Shown: positions 9,401-20,000, counted from the first letter of the stretch. The stretch is DNA of 32,000 bases from Marinobacter salexigens (GCF_018860765.1 NZ_JAHKPV010000021.1:978667-1010666), one strand, 5' to 3'. Notes: generated by a model from the sequence alone, not told the origin. Numbers and translations are program-made.

Positions 9401-12400
9401 CACTTTCTAAGCCGCCTGCATGGCGGCGAACATGATTCACCAAGCGCAAAGACGCGCATTGATTTTCTAAGCCGCCTGCATGGCGGCGAACTCCATTCGC
9501 CCCACTCCGCCGCACCACATGATTTTCTAAGCCGCCTGCATGGCGGCGAACAGAGCATGTATCAGGTGACAACTAAGCAAGTCTTTCTAAGCCGCCTGCA
9601 TGGCGGCGAACTACACGAAATGGCACGCAACAGGCTCTAAGCATTTCTAAGCCGCCTGCATGGCGGCGAACCTACAAAGCTCCAGGAAAGCTCCAGAGCT
9701 ACTTTTCTAAGCCGCCTGCATGGCGGCGAACACGTTCGGCGCGGCTGGTACATTGTCTCTAGTTTTCTAAGCCGCCTGCATGGCGGCGAACTCAAGGGGC
9801 GTCTGCTCTTTCTGGCGATGCAATTTCTAAGCCGCCTGCATGGCGGCGAACTATTCATAATTTTCTGCCTTCAAGGTTAGTTGTTTCTAAGCCGCCTGCA
9901 TGGCGGCGAACCCGCGCCCCGCCATGCGTCGGCATACTGAATATTTCTAAGCCGCCTGCATGGCGGCGAACCTAGAGCGCTACAAGTTGTCACTTGGATG
10001 CTTGTTTCTAAGCCGCCTGCATGGCGGCGAACCACGCTTGTTTGTGAGTATACGACTGAGTACATTTCTAAGCCGCCTGCATGGCGGCGAACATAGCCTA
10101 CGCTACCCCCGGCAGTCCTGCCTATTTCTAAGCCGCCTGCATGGCGGCGAACAGACTGTGGAGGCTGCGAAAGGGGCATATCCATTTCTAAGCCGCCTGC
10201 ATGGCGGCGAACCTCTGCGTCTGAGGCTTCGTCTATTTCGCGCTTTTCTAAGCCGCCTGCATGGCGGCGAACCTTTAGTGGTATGTAGTGGGTAGCATCT
10301 GACATTTCTAAGCCGCCTGCATGGCGGCGAACACTAGGGAGGCGCTGGCTCAGCGTCAGGGGATTTTCTAAGCCGCCTGCATGGCGGCGAACGGCTGAGT
10401 CGCTGCGGGAGATGATTGCAACTATTTCTAAGCCGCCTGCATGGCGGCGAACGTTAACTCACGAGGTCAGTTTGACGCTAAAGATTTCTAAGCCGCCTGC
10501 ATGGCGGCGAACAAACAGGTCTGGCATGACGTGCGCAACTGGGATTTCTAAGCCGCCTGCATGGCGGCGAACACTGTTGCCGAAAATAACAAAATACAGA
10601 ACGAGTTTCTAAGCCGCCTGCATGGCGGCGAACGCTTTGCAAGTTGGCCTCTGCGGGCATGGAGATTTCTAAGCCGCCTGCATGGCGGCGAACGATCCGA
10701 TGAATCTTGAGGAGGATGCTGTGTTTTTCTAAGCCGCCTGCATGGCGGCGAACACGGTTTCGCGTTTGTTGTGTGCTGTGGCATATTTCTAAGCCGCCTG
10801 CATGGCGGCGAACATCCCTACCGCCTCTGCATCACCCTGAGCGCGCTTCTAAGCCGCCTGCATGGCGGCGAACCCTCTCGATGGCTGATCGTCCCGGCGT
10901 CCCCGTTTCTAAGCCGCCTGCATGGCGGCGAACGGTGCTGCAGGCGCACACGGCGCAAGCGGGCTTTTCTAAGCCGCCTGCATGGCGGCGAACATTAATT
11001 GGCTTGACTCAGTACGCGCCGCGCCTTTCTAAGCCGCCTGCATGGCGGCGAACCAGTGGGGGTGGTGGCGCTCGGATTAAGAGCATTTCTAAGCCGCCTG
11101 CATGGCGGCGAACTGATACGCGGACAGCCCGCCCGACGCGGTGCCTTTCTAAGCCGCCTGCATGGCGGCGAACATTACCGTGTCTTACATTATATCCGAT
11201 ACGCTTTTCTAAGCCGCCTGCATGGCGGCGAACCGACGCCACAAGCAATGCTCTACTAGGAATGGTTTCTAAGCCGCCTGCATGGCGGCGAACTCGAGTA
11301 GCGGTGGGGGTGGTGGCCACTCGCTGTTTCTAAGCCGCCTGCATGGCGGCGAACGGCGCGACTGGCAATAGAGGCCGCTGCTTACGTTTCTAAGCCGCCT
11401 GCATGGCGGCGAACCAAGTCGCTACAGCTCTGGGTACGCTGGGTCGTTTCTAAGCCGCCTGCATGGCGGCGAACGCGGGGATAGAAGACGGGGTCGCCTA
11501 CAGCGGTTTCTAAGCCGCCTGCATGGCGGCGAACGACTGTAGACATCCTGGAGAATCTAGTCGACTTTTCTAAGCCGCCTGCATGGCGGCGAACATCCTG
11601 CTGGGGGAGATTTTGAAAGCTCAAGCTTTCTAAGCCGCCTGCATGGCGGCGAACTAAAGGCCACTCGAATACTTATATCGCGCAAATTTCTAAGCCGCCT
11701 GCATGGCGGCGAACTTAACCGCACACCATAAGCCTTTTTATAGTCATTTCTAAGCCGCCTGCATGGCGGCGAACATCGAACAATATTTTCGCGCCACTTT
11801 CGGTGCTTTCTAAGCCGCCTGCATGGCGGCGAACTTCGTGTTTGATGATTGCCGCGACCACTGCCGTTTCTAAGCCGCCTGCATGGCGGCGAACCGATTA
11901 GCGTATTCAGTTGACCACCTCCTACATTTCTAAGCCGCCTGCATGGCGGCGAACGCGCATGATCAAGCGCATTTGATCCGGAGACTTTTCTAAGCCGCCT
12001 GCATGGCGGCGAACGGTGCTTGTATTATTCGCAAGCTGCGCAGATATTTCTAAGCCGCCTGCATGGCGGCGAACGATTTTGTTAATTGGTACACCGCCAG
12101 CGGTCGTTTCTAAGCCGCCTGCATGGCGGCGAACAAAAGCGGGCCATTTTTAGACGTCGACGGTGTTTTCTAAGCCGCCTGCATGGCGGCGAACTCTGCG
12201 GAAGGATATGACGCTTTAGGGTTGCATTTCTAAGCCGCCTGCATGGCGGCGAACAGCGCGACTACCACACTGGAGATCGTGATCGATTTCTAAGCCGCCT
12301 GCATGGCGGCGAACTCATACCGCCGATTATTTAACAGTGGATAGCATTTCTAAGCCGCCTGCATGGCGGCGAACTGCTATTTAACGAATCGCATTGTTAC

Positions 12401-12974
12401 GTCATCTTTCTAAGCCGCCTGCATGGCGGCGAACATGTGGTGCATATCGTGCTATTCGATGGTAGTTTTCTAAGCCGCCTGCATGGCGGCGAACATGTAG
12501 CGAGCGACATAAGCAGCGCTTTCAAATTTCTAAGCCGCCTGCATGGCGGCGAACTAAGAAGAATGGGCGGTGATGTGCTTGTGTACTTTCTAAGCCGCCT
12601 GCATGGCGGCGAACCCTTCTGACTTCGTAACAGTCCGGGGCAAAAATTTCTAAGCCGCCTGCATGGCGGCGAACCCGCTGCTATCGGCACTGCCGGACAA
12701 CTCGGCTTTCTAAGCCGCCTGCATGGCGGCGAACAAGTTGGCACGGTTTATGCCGGGGCGGAATTTTTTCTAAGCCGCCTGCATGGCGGCGAACCTGCTT
12801 TCCGTCTAAAACCTTTGGCTGGCTAGTTTCTAAGCCGCCTGCATGGCGGCGAACAACAGATTGTTTACCGTGGCCTCAATCTCGTCTTTCTAAGCCGCCT
12901 GCATGGCGGCGAACTTTTGGGCGGCCCAGTTGGCATTGCGCTAATTTTTCTAAGCCGCCTGCATGGCGGCGAAC
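6403..12974 (-). CRISPR. Type I-F CRISPR array, 110 repeats and 109 spacers
   Basis: The 28-nt repeat is TTTCTAAGCCGCCTGCATGGCGGCGAAC on the plus strand. Its reverse complement, GTTCGCCGCCATGCAGGCGGCTTAGAAA, aligns with the canonical I-F repeat GTTCACTGCCGTATAGGCAGCTAAGAAA. It has a GCCGCC/GGCGGC stem and a CUUAGAAA 5' handle. The period is 60 nt. 105 spacers are 32 nt and 4 are 33 nt. Minus-strand orientation is inferred from three things: the cas operon direction, the leader position, and the PAM reconstructed from overlapping spacers. Confidence 0.98.
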
Positions 12975-13109
12975 AATAACTTCTGGACAAAAAAAGAGGC
13001 TACACCAAGCAGTTAACGGAAAAAAGCAACTTTACCCTTCCCAAACTGGCCTGCTGCAACCTATTGACTTTGAATTGTTTTTTTAAAGAGCCATTTTTTT
13101 GGTATTTCC
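12975..13109 (-). promoter_or_regulatory. CRISPR leader (AT-rich) with an IHF-like site
   Basis: This is a 135-nt A/T-rich non-coding stretch between the cas6f stop and the first repeat. On the minus strand, 13069-13057 reads aGTCAAtaggTTG, matching WATCAANNNNTTR at 8 of 9 defined positions, with an upstream A-tract. I could not pin down clear -35/-10 boxes. Confidence 0.6.
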
Positions 13110-13736
13110 TTAAAACACAGGTAGAGCTATGGGTTCTTCAGGTCGGCTCAACCCGTAGCATGTTAAGCCCCCCTCCCGAGCTCCAGCCATCTCGCTTCTT
13201 TGGATGAACAAAGGAAATTTTCGTGCTTGGCTGCCATCACGCTGCTTTGTTTCCTGACTTTCCGCCCAGAGAAAAGGCAGGCCAGTCATTGGCTCAGGCC
13301 GTGTTTTATCTAGTTCTTTCAGGCACTCATTCAAGGGTTTACCTGATTTAATCATCCACCGCCGAGCTTTTTCCTGATGGTCTTTTTCAATGCGCGCCGC
13401 CCCTTTTGCGTGGTAGCGCATAAAGCTGACATAACCCGTGGGTTCGGGAACCGTCTGAATCGACTTTAGGTGTGCATAATCGCTCAGCCTACTCAGATAG
13501 CTCTCAATATTAAGACACTCTAATTGTGCTCGTCCGGGTGCAAACAGGCGCAGCTTACGCCCAAAAGGGAAGCCTTTGGCGCCATATTCCGGGAACCCAA
13601 CCGCCACAAGACTCTGATTGTCCGCTACTTTATGTTCCACTAAGGCAATATGTATCTGCTGGTAGAGCTTCTGCCAGAGAAAGCCGAGCGATATGTCGGC
13701 CTCTGGCAGCAGGGTAATTTCCTGATAAGCCTGCAT
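13110..13736 (-). CDS. cas6f: Cas6f (Csy4) CRISPR RNA endoribonuclease
   Basis: This is the last gene of the I-F operon, next to the leader. The ORF-track frame is 13110-13775. I place the start at ATG 13736 (MQAYQEITLLPEADISLGFLWQKLYQQIH, Csy4-like N-terminus), with GGGAGAG upstream. That start removes the overlap with csy3. Confidence 0.88.
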   Translation of the reverse strand: MQAYQEITLLPEADISLGFLWQKLYQQIHIALVEHKVADNQSLVAVGFPEYGAKGFPFGRKLRLFAPGRAQLECLNIESYLSRLSDYAHLKSIQTVPEPTGYVSFMRYHAKGAARIEKDHQEKARRWMIKSGKPLNECLKELDKTRPEPMTGLPFLWAESQETKQRDGSQARKFPLFIQRSEMAGAREGGLTCYGLSRPEEPIALPVF

Positions 13737-13746
13737 GGATCTCTCC

Positions 13747-14769
13747 CTATTTGTCACTTTCGCCGAAGACACCACCCCTTACCAAAACCGCCATCACATA
13801 GTGTTGGTCGTTAGTACTTAGTTCACCACCTCGGGCCCAGACGTCAAAGTGGGTAAAAAAGTCCTGCTTATCTTTTGGTGTGCGGTAGGCTTTACCTAGG
13901 TTGGTAACGGCTCCGTAGGGTTCTATAGCTATGGCGCCAGCACTTTTCTCTGGGCTGTCGTAATCTGGGTACCAGGTGTCGATGGAGCGTAGAGCATTGC
14001 CTATTTTCTGGGAATGCATGGCCGCATGGCCTTTCACCTGATAGAGCACTTTACTCTTTTTACTTTTCCCTTTGTCCAGTACCAGCTCCTCAGACGGGTA
14101 AACTTCCTGAGCCTTGCCCAGCTGTGAGTAGGTAGTGATCTCCAGCATCAGCGCTCCGTCACCACTGGCTAGGGCAGCGGCGATTTTCTCCCCCAACTGA
14201 TTTACCTTGTCGTCCTGATCATCAAAGCTTCGAACGCTGTAATTCAGGGCATCAAACGCCCACTGCTGCTCCTGATTTTTGTTTAGCACTTTCACCTGTA
14301 CTTCAATCTGCTCTGCACCCACTCTGTTACGCCACAAAAAACGGGCGTTAGCGATATTCTGGGCATAACGCTGGCCAAGTTCCCTGAAGCCCTCTTGCTC
14401 AATATAATTGCGTGCAGCCTGAAAATAGCTTTGCTTGAACAGCGCATTGTTACATGCAGAAGGGTGCTCCACGCCTCCAAGTACTTTGAGGGTAAACTGA
14501 TGCTTGAGAGTGTCCTGATCGGTTCCTAAAGCGCAGGCATCCACTGTTTGCAGGTTCGGCTTTTCGACTTCTGCGTTTAGTTTGGCCGGATCGTTTTTTA
14601 CCGCTGTCTTGAGACGGTTCGAGATGGTGCCCCGGACAGACTTTTCCTGAAGTTCCAGAGCCATTGCTTCAGATTTGTCATCCCAGCGGGTGCCGTAAAA
14701 ATATCCGTCTGACGGCACCAGTTTTTTCTCGAAAGCCAGTACTGAAGCGGTATCGTTGTTTTTAGCCAT
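13747..14769 (-). CDS. csy3: Csy3 / Cas7f Cascade backbone subunit
   Basis: 340 aa. The N-terminus ASVLAFEKKLVPSDGYFYG is typical of Csy3. It occupies the conserved position between csy2 and cas6f. Confidence 0.92.
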   Translation of the reverse strand: MAKNNDTASVLAFEKKLVPSDGYFYGTRWDDKSEAMALELQEKSVRGTISNRLKTAVKNDPAKLNAEVEKPNLQTVDACALGTDQDTLKHQFTLKVLGGVEHPSACNNALFKQSYFQAARNYIEQEGFRELGQRYAQNIANARFLWRNRVGAEQIEVQVKVLNKNQEQQWAFDALNYSVRSFDDQDDKVNQLGEKIAAALASGDGALMLEITTYSQLGKAQEVYPSEELVLDKGKSKKSKVLYQVKGHAAMHSQKIGNALRSIDTWYPDYDSPEKSAGAIAIEPYGAVTNLGKAYRTPKDKQDFFTHFDVWARGGELSTNDQHYVMAVLVRGGVFGESDK

Positions 14770-14801
14770 GCTGTATTTCCCCTTCTTCCTTTATCAGTAG
14801 A

Positions 14802-15740
14802 TTAGAAATAACCGTCGTTATTTATCTCTGGCTGTGCCTGCTGGCACAAGTACAGGTTGTTTTGTAGGTCGGTGTGGTATTGCCAAAAAATGTCGTCTAG
14901 CGCGCTAATCCTGTGCAGCATTCGGAATTCACCTAGGGTGACTACGCTTTCCGCAAAGCGATGAGGCGTATCCGGGTCGCGCTGGTTCTTTGCTTGGCCG
15001 ACTGGGCTGATACCTTGAAAGCCGGTGGCAACAGGCACTATCCATCCCGGCTTGCTCCCCTCCGCTTCTGTTTTACGATGACTGTGCCAGCTGACATTGC
15101 CGTCTTCATGCTGCTCGCACCGGTGATGCACAGTCAGGTATTCGAGCAATGCATCCAGCGCGTCTGCTCCTTGCTCCATAGCGCTCTGCATAAGCTCACG
15201 CCGCTCAACAAGTGCAAAACCGGGCATCAGTCCAAGCAGTAGTTTGCGGACTTCTCGTCCGTTGCTGTCGTCCAATACTGTGAATCGGGGCTGGCTAAAT
15301 ATTTTCAGATCTCCACCAGCAACTTTCATCGTGACTAACAATTGCTCTAGCTGCTCGGCGAACTCTGGTTGCTCAATTCGGTCGAGATCATCTTCATGGG
15401 CACGACATTCAATCAGCAGGCTTACATCCAGATGACACCGGGCCTCTTCAATAAACGCAGAGCGCTTGCCATCTTTGTCCAGGGGGTTAGCAGTACCAAT
15501 GATTGAATGGACGAAGTCGCCGGGGCCTCGATAAGTTTGCAGATCACATTGGTGACTGATCACGCCAGTTGCGGATAGCCCAAGGGTGGGATAACCACCT
15601 ACTTTTAGCTTGCGCTCCAGTGCGTGCACAAAACCCAGCCAGGCGGTCATGGCCGGAAAACCAATGGTAAAGGGGCTGGAAAGTGCGTTGGCGTTATGAA
15701 CTTTGAGGTGTGGCAGCACCAAAATACGGCGGGTGCTCAT
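14802..15740 (-). CDS. csy2: Csy2 / Cas5f
   Basis: 312 aa. LVLPHLKVHNANALSSPFTIGFPAMTAWLGFVHALERKL is characteristic of Csy2. A 4-nt overlap (15737-15740) with the csy1 stop indicates translational coupling. Confidence 0.92.
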   Translation of the reverse strand: MSTRRILVLPHLKVHNANALSSPFTIGFPAMTAWLGFVHALERKLKVGGYPTLGLSATGVISHQCDLQTYRGPGDFVHSIIGTANPLDKDGKRSAFIEEARCHLDVSLLIECRAHEDDLDRIEQPEFAEQLEQLLVTMKVAGGDLKIFSQPRFTVLDDSNGREVRKLLLGLMPGFALVERRELMQSAMEQGADALDALLEYLTVHHRCEQHEDGNVSWHSHRKTEAEGSKPGWIVPVATGFQGISPVGQAKNQRDPDTPHRFAESVVTLGEFRMLHRISALDDIFWQYHTDLQNNLYLCQQAQPEINNDGYF

Positions 15741-17005
15741 AGTAGCGCCTCCTTGCTTTGTTCGATGATGCGGTTAAACGCTCTAAGTTCGTCATCGCCC
15801 AACTGGATTGCGGCCTTGCCCATCACTTTTTGATAACTGTTGACAAAATGGCGTGTGACTTCATCTACTAACGTTTTCAGCCATTGCCCTTCTTCTATTC
15901 GCTCTGATTCATGCTCAGGGAACAGCCAGATCTTCTGGTAGCCGGGCAGGCTTTCGGGGCGGCTGTGGGGCTGCGCCTCAAACGCTTTACGCACCTGCCA
16001 CATTTTGAGAATGACCTGATCAAGATATTCCTGGATCCTGTGGTCGCGCCCTCCGCGGATGCGCATGTTGTTATGGTCTGCAATTAAAAGTCGGTGGAAG
16101 CCTTGAAAGGTTTCCTGGAGTTGCTTGGCATAAAGCGTATCGCCAAAGAAGTTGCGTGTTGGGAGCCGGGTGGCTCTGGGGGACAGCTCGGGTGGCATGG
16201 ATAACAACAAGTGGGCTTTGCCCATATTTTGGCTGTTCAAGACACTGATATTTTGTGGCTTTGTTCCTCCAAAACCTATAGTGGTCAGGTTATAGATTTC
16301 TTGATAGCCGGTCTCTGAGTATTGATTCTGCTTTTTCAGATCCCTTTTAGCTTTAACCTCATCGGAAAACCTTAGCCTGTCCAGTCTTTTCCGCATCTCG
16401 AACAGATGGCCGGAGTGGCTAAGGATAGACAACAGATGGTAGCCAGAGCCTTCACTTTCAACCGGGAAATAGACCTGCTTTATTTTAGAGCTAGTTATAG
16501 CCTCGTCTTTCGTGGCCGCCATGGCGAGGAGACCAGCTTTTAAAGCCTCTGTGTCTCCACCTGCCTTCTCAAAGAGGCTTTTGGCAATGTCAGTCTCCCT
16601 CTGGAGGTGCTGCAGCAGCGTCATGCCATCTTCCAGCGTTAACGTAAGGAACTTATGCACATCCAGTGCGGCTGCATTACCCAATGCATCCGGCTCTACC
16701 TGAAGGTTGCCGCTGCGCAAAAAGCCATCAGGGGAGCGCTCGCCTCCCTGAGCGATAATGGAGCTCACGTATCCGTTTTTATTTTTCCGGGCGCTTGGAT
16801 GGCTGAATGTGCAGGGGTGGGTTGCCATTGAAATTTGCCCTGCCCGTTTGGCTGCATTCGGCAGCCAGTTTTGCAGCGCAAAAACATTTTCACACTCCTG
16901 CTCTGTCTCACCTACTTCGAGGTCCGACATAGAGACCTTGAGATTTTTCTTCAACCAGGCTTCTTTGCGTTCGGCAAAGAAGCCTTTTATGGCTGGGTCA
17001 AACAT
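15737..17005 (-). CDS. csy1: Csy1 / Cas8f large subunit
   Basis: 422 aa. The N-terminus IKGFFAERKEAWLKKNLK resembles Csy1. It occupies the conserved position between cas2-3 and csy2. Confidence 0.9.
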   Translation of the reverse strand: MFDPAIKGFFAERKEAWLKKNLKVSMSDLEVGETEQECENVFALQNWLPNAAKRAGQISMATHPCTFSHPSARKNKNGYVSSIIAQGGERSPDGFLRSGNLQVEPDALGNAAALDVHKFLTLTLEDGMTLLQHLQRETDIAKSLFEKAGGDTEALKAGLLAMAATKDEAITSSKIKQVYFPVESEGSGYHLLSILSHSGHLFEMRKRLDRLRFSDEVKAKRDLKKQNQYSETGYQEIYNLTTIGFGGTKPQNISVLNSQNMGKAHLLLSMPPELSPRATRLPTRNFFGDTLYAKQLQETFQGFHRLLIADHNNMRIRGGRDHRIQEYLDQVILKMWQVRKAFEAQPHSRPESLPGYQKIWLFPEHESERIEEGQWLKTLVDEVTRHFVNSYQKVMGKAAIQLGDDELRAFNRIIEQSKEALL

Positions 17006-17025
17006 GGTTTTCTCCTGTAAACCTA

Positions 17026-20000
17026 TTATTCGTTGTCAGCTTTAACCAATCCCAACTGATCGTTATACCGGTAGCGGTCGCCATCATTGTGAAAACTTAA
17101 AGTGACTTCTCCCAACTGCTGAGAAGTTTTCGTTAAATCGGTCGAACGGCGCTGGCTTTGTTCCGCCACCAAGGCCTCATAATCCCGTTGTAGCCAGAGC
17201 CTGGCGCTGCGCTCCGAGCTGAGAGGCTGGCGCTCAATACCAAACCTTTGCTCAATTCGTACCCAACCACTGCGCCGATCGTAGATCCAGAAAGCCACAC
17301 TGCCCTTTTCATCAATTACCCGGTAAAGACTGATGCCGGGAGCGCTGTTGCGAAACCGGTTAAATTGCTGTGGTAAGGCTGACATCCACCAGTAGTCATC
17401 GGTGTAACCCCAGAGAATTTTAGGGCTTTGTGCCGGAGTATCAGTTTGAATTTTTTCTTTTTTTAAATAGTTGCATCCCAAAGTATGACCAATTGCGTGA
17501 TGCTCCAACGCCGCCAACTGAATCTTGGAATCTTTCAAAATGCGGGGCGCCGCATCTACGCTTCGCGACATTGCTTTTTCATCAACCAAATCCACCAAGT
17601 TGCGTGAGAACAACTGCCAAGTGTTATGTTTGCCGCCTGTTTGCTCATAACCTGGTCTGCTGAAGACATTCTCCGTATCTCCCCGATAGCCTTTAAGGTT
17701 GTATTGAAGCAGCCCCAAATTAGGCACCGTGTTATCGGGGTCGGAACTGCGGTGACGGAGTACCCGCCCGGCAAGTTGCACGATAGACCGGTATGACGAA
17801 GGCTCAACCACTGCCCAGTCAAAATCATGATCCCGGCCTACCTCTTCCACAGGAGTAGCAACCAGCACAAAGATGAGATCCGGACTTGTTCCCGTATCCA
17901 GGTGCTGACGGATAACGGGGTTTTGGTAGGCTCCTCCGGGCTCGTTGGCAGGGATTTTCCGCTTAAGCACCTGATCAAGATGTTGCTCCTGAGCGTGGCG
18001 CAGCAGTAATACTTGCTGGCTGTGGTAGGCCATCACCCGCACTTCAACATGTTCTGGCCATTCTGCATCCAGCAGATACTCTGTTAGCTCGACGCAGGGC
18101 AGAATATTGGCGCAGCGCACAACACCAAAAGACACGTTGCGGCCGGAAATGGCATCTTGTTCATGGTGCTGGTGATGCCTGTTAACAATGTCATTCTGGA
18201 TAGCGGAGAAAAAAGCCGCCTTAACGGTCTGGTCTTCAGCAGGGGCTGGCAAGGGTACAATGATGGCCCGGCGTTTCACTGGTTCTCTGCGCAGTTTTGC
18301 GATGCGCCTCTCTACAAACGACTGATGGGCCGCCTGATAGCTAACAATTGCGTTTTCACCCTGACTAATAGTTACCAGACGGGTTTTAAATTCGTCTGTC
18401 CAGCCGCAAGCTACCTGACTGTTCTGGTAGCGACTGACTGCAAATAAGGCCCAACCTTTTTGGTAAGCAGTAAAATACCCAAGCGCAAGATCGGGCGGAA
18501 TGGTGGCGGAAGAGATCATCACCTTGCGCCCCAACATGCCTGCAAGGTGGATGAGCCGCCCGATTGCCACCAGATCTTCGCCAGTGAAGTCATCGACCTC
18601 ATCAATCACCAAATCCGATGACATCAGGCGCAAGCTGGGCAGTATAAAGCGCCCACCGCGGGTGGTTTCAGTCGCCGCCATGATATGGTCGATGGTGCAT
18701 GCCAGTACCGGGGCGTAGAGCAAGGCGCGCTCTTTTTGCCCGGTCAGCACGGTGGTCAGTTCTTCTTCGGGTAACAGGTTCTGCCAGCGCTCATCATCAG
18801 CAAAGCCAACGACTTGCTCCTGTTCCCCCAGCAATGCTTCAACGGATTCTGAGCCAGAATCTTCAGACTCCAGTGGCTGATCTTCTTTCTCTACAGACGT
18901 GTTGGACTCCCGGTGCAGTTCAAGTACTGCCCGGGAGCCAATCAGGACGGCCAGTTCTTCGTCGCTCAGGCCGATGCGATCACGATATTCATCCCCGGTT
19001 TGCAGGGTGAGAGTTCTCAACCCTAGCGCGAGGATAAAGCGCAGGCTTTGCTGATCTTCCGACAAGGCCTGCATGATTTTGGCATTGGCCAGAGTTTTGC
19101 CCCGCCCGGTACTGGCCATGTTGACGACGAAATAGCCTTTAACCTTGTCGTCGTTTTCTTCACGGTAGCTTTTTATGGCGGTGACAGCTTTATCCTGCCA
19201 ACCGAACTGCTTTTTTATTTCAAGAGGCACTGATCTGGCAGGTTGCAGCTTCTCAATGTCTTCAGCCACCGGCGTATCACGCTCAAAATGCGGCAGTATT
19301 TTGCAGGCACGCACCGCCACCCGTGACACTTTTACCAAGTGCTCATCCAGCCGCTGTTTAAATTGCCCTTTGTTGGGGCCTTCAGGGTAGGTGTTCGCAA
19401 ACAAACCGACACTGGCTGGCCAGTTTGCGTCCTGCGGCTGCGAGGAATAATAGTGATCACCCAGCATCAGACACAGGCGGGCATGATGTGCGATTGTCCG
19501 CCAGCTCCCATCGTTGACCGCTTGGTTGTACAGGGGTAGATGCTCTTGCAGTTGGCGGGCGCGGAAGCTGAGTTCTTTTAGCCAGAGTGAAGATGCAGAT
19601 AGCAGGCCTTCAGGAAAGACAAAGCAGTCCGGTAAGCGTTTTTGAAACTCCACATCATCAAAGTTGTTTTCGTAGCCCCATTGCTGGTTAATTCGCTTCA
19701 GTAGTTGCTGCGGCGTGTCGTTGGTCTCATCACCAAATGCACTTTTATTGTCAGGTTTGGGTAGGCGATGGTGAGACAGTACCAGCCAGAGAAGTAGGCA
19801 GGCGGCGTCAGGCATATCCGCTAGCGGCCTTCGGCTCCCATGCAAGGCTGGCAGCGCATCCAATAGCTGCTGCTCATTAATGGCCTGACTCAGTAAAGGC
19901 GCAAGCCAGCTTTCATCCTGACCGGGATTTTTTCCAGACTTGATCAGTGCCATCAATAGCAAACTGGAAATCCACTCATGGCGCAGCGGGTCGCCTTGAA

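Noticed and set aside
7511-9763. A chain of 7-nt terminal overlaps between spacers, 33 into 56 (ACGTTCG) and 56 into 19 (CTCTAGT). Also 77 into 59 (CCGCGCC) and several 6-nt overlaps.
   Set aside because: About one 7-nt terminal overlap is expected by chance among 109 spacers, and more in GC-rich sequence. The PAM inferred from each putative tiling is GC or GG in crRNA sense, not CC. These are treated as coincidence.
6512-12744. Dozens of ORF-track ORFs inside the array, on both strands, with recurring peptides (VRRHAGGLE, SPPCRRLR, FLSRLHGGE, SKPPAWRRT).
   Set aside because: They are translations of the 28-nt CRISPR repeat in different frames. The 60-nt period (divisible by 3) keeps frames open across units. 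They are not genes.
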